In this document: positions 50,857 through 57,563 of the stretch, one piece after another
Layout of the letters: every line of letters starts with the position of its first letter
Numbering within the stretch: the first letter of the stretch is position 1
Assembly (NCBI GenBank): GCA_964545575.1
Contig: CAZJFL010000002.1
Span: 1 to 57,563 of the forward strand
From: an uncultured Planctomycetales bacterium
GTDB taxonomy: Bacteria > Omnitrophota > Gorgyraeia > Gygaellales > Profunditerraquicolaceae
Length of the DNA: 57,563 nucleotides
Direction: 5' to 3'
The notes under the pieces: generated by a model
The model's input: the letters and a program-made list of their open reading frames with translations, nothing else
The model's database searches: none
Told to the model about the DNA's origin: nothing
Position numbers and translations under genes: made by a program

Positions 50857-53595
50857 TCATTTTTTTCTTTCGCGAAGGACTGCCTGGGCTGCCGCCAATT
50901 TTGCAATCGGTACCCGAAAAGGCGAGCAGCTGACGTAATCCATGCCTACGCGGTGGCAGAATTCTACCGAGCGCGGCTCTCCGCCGTGCTCGCCGCAGAT
51001 ACCCACTTCTAAATCTTTACGCGTTTTTCTACCGCGCTCAATGCCGATTTTAATTAATTCGCCGATGCCTGTCTGGTCAATGCTCTGGAAGGGGTCTTCG
51101 GGGAGTATTCCTTTTTTAATATACTCAGGCAAAAATCCGCCGATATCATCGCGTGAAAAGCCAAAGCCCATCTGGGTCAGGTCATTGGTGCCGTAGGAGA
51201 AAAATTGCGCCACCGTCGCCAGCTGGCCTGCGACTAATGCCGCGCGCGGGATCTCTATCATCGTGCCGAACATATGCTTGATTGTTTTTAAGCCGTATTT
51301 CTCTAGTACCTCTGCGTAGACTTTTTTAGCAATTGCCAGCTGGTCTTGCAGTTCCTTGACATCCGAGACTACCGGGATCATGATTTCCGGATAAGGTTTT
51401 TTACCCTCCTCTAGTAGTTCCGCAGCCGCTTCCATCACCGCGCGGATCTGCATGGTGCTCACTTCCGGATAAGTAACCCCCAGGCGTACGCCGCGGTGGC
51501 CCATCATCGGGTTTGACTCATGCAGGCCTTCGGCTCTCTTGGCCAGTTCTTCCATGCTGATATTTAAATCCCGGGCGAGCTGCTCCAATTTTTCCTTTTC
51601 GCGAGGGACGAATTCATGTAAGGGCGGGTCAAGCAGGCGGATGACTACTGGCAGGCCGTCCATGGCTGCCAGCGTATCTTTGATATCTTTTTTCACAAAA
51701 GGAAAAAGTTCATCCAGCGCTTTCTTTCTCTCCTCTTCGGTTTTAGAAATAATCATCTTGCGCAGGAGAAATAAAGGCTCATCCGAGCCTTTACCGTAGA
51801 ACATATGTTCTGTCCGGAATAAACCGATGCCTTCTGCCCCGAACTGGCGCGCTTTAAGTGCATCTTCCGGAGTATCGGCGTTGGTGCGGATACCCAGCCG
51901 CTTAATCTGTCCGCAGATTTTCAGGAAATTATCCAAGAGTGTATTTTCTTCGGTAGCATCCATCGTCGGCAACTGGCCCTTGTAAACATTGCCCTTGGTG
52001 CCGTTTAAAGTAATCCAGTCCCCTTCTTTTAAGACTTCTGCCTCAATTCGCAGTTCTTTTTCTTCGTAAGCCACATGCAAGGCGTTGCATCCGACGATAC
52101 AGCATTTTCCCCAGCCGCGGGCGACTAATGCCGCATGACTAGTCATGCCTCCCCTGGCAGTGAGAATTGCCTGGGCTGCGCGCATCCCCTCTACGTCTTC
52201 CGGATTGGTCTCCTCGCGCACCAGGATTACTTTTTTACCCTGTTTTGCCCAAGCCACGGCATCGTTAGCTGAGAAAACAATCTGTCCGCTTGCGCCGCCC
52301 GGCCCGGCAGGCAGGCCTTTTGCCAAAGGCTTATGCGTCAGTTCTATTTTAGGGTTAATGATCGGATGCAGTAATTCATCCAGCTGCGCCGGAGTTACGC
52401 GCATGACTGTGTCTTCTTTTTTGATTAATTTTTCCTTGAGCATATCCATGGCCATGCGTACTGCTGCTGGGCCGTTACGTTTGCCGATGCGGCACTGCAG
52501 CATGAAGAGCCTGTCCTTCTCGATAGTGAACTCGATATCCTGCATATCGTGATAATGCTTTTCCAGGCGGTTCTGGATATCGAAAAGCTCTTTATAGATT
52601 TTCGGCATCGCTTTTTCCAGGGTGAGCAATTCTTTATTCTGGCTGGATTTGGAATATTCGTTGATCGGCGCAGGCGTCCTGATGCCGGCGACTACGTCTT
52701 CACCCTGGGCATTAATGAGGTATTCGCCGTAAAAATTATTTTCTCCGTTGCCGGGATTACGCGTAAAAGCCACGCCGGTGGCGGAATCATCCCCCATGTT
52801 TCCGAAGACCATGGTCTGCACGGTTACCGCCGTCCCCCATTCATCCGGGATCCCCTCTATCCTTCGGTAGCTGACTGCGCGCTTGCCGTTCCAGGAGGCA
52901 AATACCGCGCCGATGCCGCCCCATAGCTGCTGCTCTGGTTCGTCGGGAAATTCCTTTCCCAGCACTTCTTTTATTTTTACCTTAAAGGCGGCGCAAAGAA
53001 TTTTGAGGTCTTCTGAGTTTAGGTCAGTATCGCTCTTGTAGCCTTTATCCTTTTTTATCTGCGACATGATTTTTTCCAGCTGCTTACGGATGCCCTGCTC
53101 GTCTTTAGGTTCTATGCCGGCTGCCTTTTCCATGACTACGTCAGAATACATCATCAGCAGCCGCCGATAGGCATCATAAACAAAACGGGCATTGCCGCCG
53201 CTTTTGTTGATTAATCCGGGGATAGTTTTTTCGGTTAAGCCCACGTTTAAGACGGTCTCCATCATCCCGGGCATGGATTTCCTCGCGCCGGAGCGAACAG
53301 AGACTAAAAGCGGGTCATGCGGATCCCCGAATTTTTTAGCCATCAGTTTTTCTATTTTTTCCATGGCCTTTTCTGTCGCTTCTTTTAAACCCTTAGGATA
53401 AGTGCGTTTGTTTTTATAATAATGGATACAGACTTCGGTGGTGATCGTAAATCCCGGCGGAACCGGAAGGCGCAGATTCTTGTGCCCGGCCATCTCGGCA
53501 AGGTTTGCGCCTTTTCCGCCGAGTAAATTTTTCATGCTTTCGTTTCCGTCTGCCTTACCCCCGCCAAAGCTGTAAACGTATTTTTTAGTTGCCAT
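50857..53595 (-). CDS. ppdK: pyruvate, phosphate dikinase
   Basis: 912 aa. GGKGANLAEM, GGMTSHAALVARG (phosphohistidine), a C-terminal PEP-utilising TIM barrel, and GICGEHGG. Confidence 0.97.
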   Translation of the reverse strand: MATKKYVYSFGGGKADGNESMKNLLGGKGANLAEMAGHKNLRLPVPPGFTITTEVCIHYYKNKRTYPKGLKEATEKAMEKIEKLMAKKFGDPHDPLLVSVRSGARKSMPGMMETVLNVGLTEKTIPGLINKSGGNARFVYDAYRRLLMMYSDVVMEKAAGIEPKDEQGIRKQLEKIMSQIKKDKGYKSDTDLNSEDLKILCAAFKVKIKEVLGKEFPDEPEQQLWGGIGAVFASWNGKRAVSYRRIEGIPDEWGTAVTVQTMVFGNMGDDSATGVAFTRNPGNGENNFYGEYLINAQGEDVVAGIRTPAPINEYSKSSQNKELLTLEKAMPKIYKELFDIQNRLEKHYHDMQDIEFTIEKDRLFMLQCRIGKRNGPAAVRMAMDMLKEKLIKKEDTVMRVTPAQLDELLHPIINPKIELTHKPLAKGLPAGPGGASGQIVFSANDAVAWAKQGKKVILVREETNPEDVEGMRAAQAILTARGGMTSHAALVARGWGKCCIVGCNALHVAYEEKELRIEAEVLKEGDWITLNGTKGNVYKGQLPTMDATEENTLLDNFLKICGQIKRLGIRTNADTPEDALKARQFGAEGIGLFRTEHMFYGKGSDEPLFLLRKMIISKTEEERKKALDELFPFVKKDIKDTLAAMDGLPVVIRLLDPPLHEFVPREKEKLEQLARDLNISMEELAKRAEGLHESNPMMGHRGVRLGVTYPEVSTMQIRAVMEAAAELLEEGKKPYPEIMIPVVSDVKELQDQLAIAKKVYAEVLEKYGLKTIKHMFGTMIEIPRAALVAGQLATVAQFFSYGTNDLTQMGFGFSRDDIGGFLPEYIKKGILPEDPFQSIDQTGIGELIKIGIERGRKTRKDLEVGICGEHGGEPRSVEFCHRVGMDYVSCSPFRVPIAKLAAAQAVLRERKK

Positions 53596-53617
53596 GTGTT
53601 TAAAAACCTCCTTTATT

Positions 53618-53678
53618 GTTCAGTGTTCAGGGTTCAGTGTATATAGACGATGAACTCTGAACCATGAACTATGAACAC
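53618..53678. repeat. GTTCAGN-heptamer hairpin element upstream of ppdK, overlapping the glyQS stop
   Basis: Left arm is GTTCAGTGTTCAGGGTTCAGTGT, spacer is ATATAGACGA, right arm is TGAACTCTGAACCATGAACTATGAACAC. Confidence 0.8.
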
Positions 53679-54976
53679 GCTAATTTCTCTAGCAGGTATT
53701 TTTTTAAACTATCTATACTAATCCGTTCCTGCTGCATGGTATCACGGTCTCTAACCGTAACCTGCTTGTCTTCTAGTGTCTGCACATCTACGGTAATACA
53801 ATAAAGCGTTCCTACCTCATCCTGCCGGCGGTAGAGTTTCCCGATAGCGCCGGTGTCGTCATAGACCGTAACAAATGATTTCTTTAAGTCCTGGGCGATT
53901 TTTTTCGCCAGCCCTACGATTTCCGGACGGTTCCTTAAAAGCGGCAGCACCGCCACTTTGGTCGGAGCCAGATCTTTGTGCAGGCTTAATACTACCCTGG
54001 TATCATCTTTGACTTTTTCTTCCTTGTAGGCGTCTACCAGAAATGCCAGGACCGACCTGTCTACGCCGCCGGATGGCTCGATAATATAAGGATAAAACCT
54101 TTCTTTGGCTGCGTCGTCAAAATATTGCAGGTCTTTGCCGCTTACTTTTGCGTGCTGCTTCAGGTCAAAATCCGTCCTGTTGGCAATGCCTTCCAATTCC
54201 GACCACCCGAAGGGGAAATTATATTCTATATCGGTGCAGGCTTTGGCATAATGCGCCAGCTCATCTTTACCGTGCGGGCGTTTACGTAGATTTTCTTTTT
54301 TTAGGCCGAGACCCAGATACCAGCTGAAGCGGTAATCAATCCATTCTTCCAATTTTTTATCCGCGTCGGAAGGCTTGACAAAATACTCGATCTCCATCTG
54401 TTCGAATTCGCGCGTCCTGAAAGTGAAATTACCCGGAGTGATTTCGTTACGGAAGGCCTTGCCGATCTGCGCCAGGCCAAAGGGAAGCTTAGGGTGCCGC
54501 GAGTCTAAAATATTCTGGAAATTGACAAACATGCCCTGCGCCGTCTCGGGCCGCAGGTAAATCTTATTGCTATCGTCTTTAACCGGCCCCTGATAGGTCT
54601 CAAACATCAGATTGAATGGCCTGGCTTCGGTAAGCTCTCCGCCGCACTCAGGACAAATCTTTTTATCTTGTAAATCCGCTGCCTTAAAACGTTTTTTGCA
54701 GGATTTACAGTCGCTCTTTAAATCAAAGAAGTTCTCTAGGTGCCCGGAAGCCTCCCAGACCTTTGGGTGCATCAGGATTGCCGCATCCATGCCGAAAATA
54801 TCATCGCGTTCGTATACTACGGATTTCCACCAGGCTTTTTTTAGGTTATTTTTCAGCTCTACGCCATAAGGCCCGTAATCCCAGGTATTGCTTAATCCGC
54901 CGTAAACTTCCGAGGATTGAAAGATAAGCCCGCGGCGCTTGCAGAGAGAAACTATTTTATCCATTAAATTTTCCAT
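53669..54976 (-). CDS. glyQS: glycine--tRNA ligase (dimeric class II form)
   Basis: RRGLIFQSSEVYGGL, NLMFETYQGP, FRNEITP.. motif 2, GGVDR motif 3, and an anticodon-binding C-domain. Confidence 0.95.
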   Translation of the reverse strand: MENLMDKIVSLCKRRGLIFQSSEVYGGLSNTWDYGPYGVELKNNLKKAWWKSVVYERDDIFGMDAAILMHPKVWEASGHLENFFDLKSDCKSCKKRFKAADLQDKKICPECGGELTEARPFNLMFETYQGPVKDDSNKIYLRPETAQGMFVNFQNILDSRHPKLPFGLAQIGKAFRNEITPGNFTFRTREFEQMEIEYFVKPSDADKKLEEWIDYRFSWYLGLGLKKENLRKRPHGKDELAHYAKACTDIEYNFPFGWSELEGIANRTDFDLKQHAKVSGKDLQYFDDAAKERFYPYIIEPSGGVDRSVLAFLVDAYKEEKVKDDTRVVLSLHKDLAPTKVAVLPLLRNRPEIVGLAKKIAQDLKKSFVTVYDDTGAIGKLYRRQDEVGTLYCITVDVQTLEDKQVTVRDRDTMQQERISIDSLKKYLLEKLACS

Positions 54977-55010
54977 AGAACTTTATTTTTAACTCAAGTT
55001 AGCCTAAAAG

Positions 55011-55739
55011 TCAAGGCAATTCTAGGTTTAGCTCTTCGGCGGTGGAAATTATGGTAAACACTTTAGTTAAGTCTAAAATCCCTTGCTTGTCCTTTATATA
55101 TACCTTGAAGAATCCGCCTTCGTTGTCGATGATATCGCAGTTAAAGTAATTTTGCTTTTCTCCCAGATTATAAGTAATATAGCCCCGGTAATCAGGCATC
55201 ACGAATTTAATCATTTTAATATTTTTCTGGTCCCCCAGGTTAGGCGTGAAGATGGTTTTCATGATCGCAAAAAACGCATCGGTCAGGTTTTGTATTCTGG
55301 CAGTCTCGGCGGCCAGGGTGCGGCTGATAAATATATAATTATCGCTTACGCCCCGCTTGATTAATTGCGGAAATAATTCGGGGAAAAACCCGGGCTTTTC
55401 ATAAAGCAGGTAGATTGCCGAACCGCTAAGCTTACGCGCGCCTTTAGTGTAGTAAAACTTCTTCATCTCCTCCTGTGTCACGTTAAACCCTTTGGGCAGG
55501 TAGATTTGCATCTTGGGGAATTTATAAAGCAGGAGCCCGCTTTTGTAATCCTGGTCGATTAAAGGGTTTACGATTTTGGTCTCTGGCGATAAGCAAAGAA
55601 CGGGTATCTTCTGGCAACTGCCGACACCCGTCTGTACATAAGCCCTTAATAAAGAAGGCCCGCCGAACTTAATCAGGAAAAACAGGGCAAAAATAAGGAC
55701 AACGGCAGTGGTAATAAATTGAGCGGCCTTCTTTTTCAT
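55011..55739 (-). CDS. membrane-anchored hypothetical protein
   Basis: N-terminal TM helix. Overlaps the panB stop by 4 nt. I recognise no family. Confidence 0.5.
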   Translation of the reverse strand: MKKKAAQFITTAVVLIFALFFLIKFGGPSLLRAYVQTGVGSCQKIPVLCLSPETKIVNPLIDQDYKSGLLLYKFPKMQIYLPKGFNVTQEEMKKFYYTKGARKLSGSAIYLLYEKPGFFPELFPQLIKRGVSDNYIFISRTLAAETARIQNLTDAFFAIMKTIFTPNLGDQKNIKMIKFVMPDYRGYITYNLGEKQNYFNCDIIDNEGGFFKVYIKDKQGILDLTKVFTIISTAEELNLELP

Positions 55740-56569
55740 AGCTTTAGCTTTCCAAGCTCCTCCTCTTTTATGGTAAAACTATGTTCCTTGCCGGGGAAGG
55801 CGCCTTCTGTCACCTCTTTTTTAAACTCTGCTATCGCTTTTTGAATTAATTGTGAGAGATTGATATACTGCTTTACGAATTTAGGCTTGTACCTTTGGAA
55901 AAGCCCCAGCATATCGTGGATAACCAGCACCTGTCCGTCGCAATATGGCCCTGCCCCGATGCCGATGGTGGGGATTTTTAACTTTTTAGTGATCAGCTCG
56001 GCGATTTTATCCGGCACGCATTCCAGGACCAGCGCAAAACACCCGCATTCTTCTAGCGCCAGAGCTTGTTCAATCAGCCGGCCGGCAGCATCGGCGTCTT
56101 TTCCCTGCACTTTAAATCCGCCTTGTTTTTCAGCTGTCTGAGGGGTCAGGCCGATGTGCCCCATTACCGGAATGCCGGCTTTGACGATTTTTTCAGTTAC
56201 CTCTAAACACCGGTCAAACCATTCTAATTTTACTGCGCCGCATTTTGCTTCCGCGATAAACCTGGCGGCATTTTTAACCGCTTCTTCAGGGTGCAGCTGA
56301 TATGATTCGTAGGGCATATCTCCTATTACCAGGGCGAATTTTGCCGCGCGAGTCACTGCTTTGGCATGATATATCATTTCGAGCATGCCGACCTGCGTTG
56401 TAGATTCCAGGCCCAATACTACGTTAGCCAATGAATCGCCCACTAAAATCATATCAATCCCTGCCTGATCCAGGAGGTACGCAAGCGGATAATCATAGGC
56501 AGTAAGCATGGTGATCTTGCGCTTGCCTTTCAGGCCGGTTATATCTTGGATAGTGATTTTAGTGCCCAT
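55736..56569 (-). CDS. panB: 3-methyl-2-oxobutanoate hydroxymethyltransferase
   Basis: MLTAYDY, LVGDSL, GHIGLTPQ, LECVP motifs. Confidence 0.95.
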   Translation of the reverse strand: MGTKITIQDITGLKGKRKITMLTAYDYPLAYLLDQAGIDMILVGDSLANVVLGLESTTQVGMLEMIYHAKAVTRAAKFALVIGDMPYESYQLHPEEAVKNAARFIAEAKCGAVKLEWFDRCLEVTEKIVKAGIPVMGHIGLTPQTAEKQGGFKVQGKDADAAGRLIEQALALEECGCFALVLECVPDKIAELITKKLKIPTIGIGAGPYCDGQVLVIHDMLGLFQRYKPKFVKQYINLSQLIQKAIAEFKKEVTEGAFPGKEHSFTIKEEELGKLKL

Positions 56570-56570
56570 T

Positions 56571-57563
56571 TTAAAATCTTAGCGCAGGTATAAACAGCTG
56601 CGCTGTTTTAAAATATATTATCAGCCCCACTACATCTACTATGCTTGTAGTGATGGGGCCTGCCAGGACTGCCGGGTCAAGGCCTATTCTTTTAGAAAAA
56701 AATGGCAGGAATACGCCTGTGGCTATAGCTAAAATCGCGATTAAAAGCATGGTAATTCCTACTACGATCGCCAACATAAAATCCTTCTGCAGCAAAAATG
56801 CCCTACCAAAGGCGACCGCACCGATGATCGCGCCCATTAAAAGTGCAGCAACTAATTCAAGCCGTATGACTTTAAATATATTTTTGAAATTAACGTCTCC
56901 GGTGGCCAGCCCCCTGATTATTGTAATAGATGTCTGCGCCCCGGCGTTGCCACCAGTATCTAAAAGCATGGGGATGAAGAAGGCCAAAGCCACGACTGTG
57001 TTTAAGCTATGCTCGAAATTTTTTAATACCGTGCCGGTTAAAAAGTCAAAAATCAAAAGCAATATCAGCCAGCCGGCGCGCCTTTTTACCAGATCACCTA
57101 CGCTCGAGCGCGCGTAGCTAATTATCTCTCCGCCTTTAGCCGACATCTTACCGATTTCATATATATCCTTGGTATTTTCCTTTTCTATAGACTCTACGAT
57201 ATCGTCTACGGTAATTATACCTACCAGCATATTATTCTGGTCTACCACTGGCACATCAAGCAAGTCATACCTTTTAAACCAATTGGCTACGTCCTGAGTA
57301 TCTGTCTGGACGTTTATTTTGATAGCGTCCGCTCCGGACATAATATCCCTTACCAGTATATCCGGCGGCGCCTTAAGCAGGTCCTGCAGGCTGATCAGGC
57401 CGATAAGTTTATGGTTTTCATCGGTAACAAAAACAGAATAAATATTTTCTCTATATTCTCCGCGCAGGTTCTCCTGGATAGAAACAATTGCCTGGCGGGC
57501 GGTCATTTCTTTCTTGAGCCCTACAAACTCTGTGGTCATCAGACTTCCGGCAGTGCCTTCTTT
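56571..57563 (-). CDS. mgtE: magnesium transporter MgtE (N-terminus beyond window edge)
   Basis: CBS pair followed by the five-TM MgtE domain (PMLLDTGGNAGAQ). The ORF is open to the window end. Confidence 0.9.
   Translation of the reverse strand, partial: KEGTAGSLMTTEFVGLKKEMTARQAIVSIQENLRGEYRENIYSVFVTDENHKLIGLISLQDLLKAPPDILVRDIMSGADAIKINVQTDTQDVANWFKRYDLLDVPVVDQNNMLVGIITVDDIVESIEKENTKDIYEIGKMSAKGGEIISYARSSVGDLVKRRAGWLILLLIFDFLTGTVLKNFEHSLNTVVALAFFIPMLLDTGGNAGAQTSITIIRGLATGDVNFKNIFKVIRLELVAALLMGAIIGAVAFGRAFLLQKDFMLAIVVGITMLLIAILAIATGVFLPFFSKRIGLDPAVLAGPITTSIVDVVGLIIYFKTAQLFIPALRF

Overview
Gene-dense 57.6-kb chromosomal segment. Many adjacent genes overlap by 4 nt (ATGA) and there are long co-directional operons. 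The source is probably an uncultivated anaerobic bacterium; the gene content (PPi-PFK plus PPDK, GH57, Bcd/EtfAB, many PilZ/GGDEF/HD-GYP genes, a small basic protein, a 23S-IVS-type four-helix-bundle gene) suggests a PVC/Omnitrophota-like lineage, but that is a low-confidence inference. The core content is housekeeping: pgk-tpiA-secG, glgC, acd-etfBA, smc, rpsU, aroQ, pepP, efp, accBC, pfp, gmhA, thiC, aroB, apt, a sigma factor, ppdK, glyQS, panB and mgtE. There are two tRNAs, Gly-CCC and Arg-CCT. Two short genes missing from the ORF track were found by hand: rpsU and a Trm112-like zinc-ribbon gene. Five things seem most worth a second look. (1) A ParA/MinD ATPase is fused to a CBM48-like glycogen-binding domain, sits in a GH57 glucan cluster, and has a Lys-rich candidate partner gene nearby. 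(2) A family of hairpin elements has arms made of tandem 7-8-nt units (five intergenic copies plus one single arm inside the GH57 CDS); one copy brackets a 23S-IVS-type four-helix-bundle gene, another abuts the sigma-factor start codon, and a one-armed copy sits in frame inside the GH57 gene. (3) An AT-rich DUF134 / HTH-LAGLIDADG / HTH cassette is flanked by 10-bp-phased TTACTT repeats. (4) A perfect 62-bp tandem duplication carries the 5' end of tRNA-Arg, and both tRNAs supply the stop codon of the upstream CDS. (5) A dense c-di-GMP module lies next to ExeA/GspB-like genes. I found no CRISPR array, integrase, transposase or rRNA.
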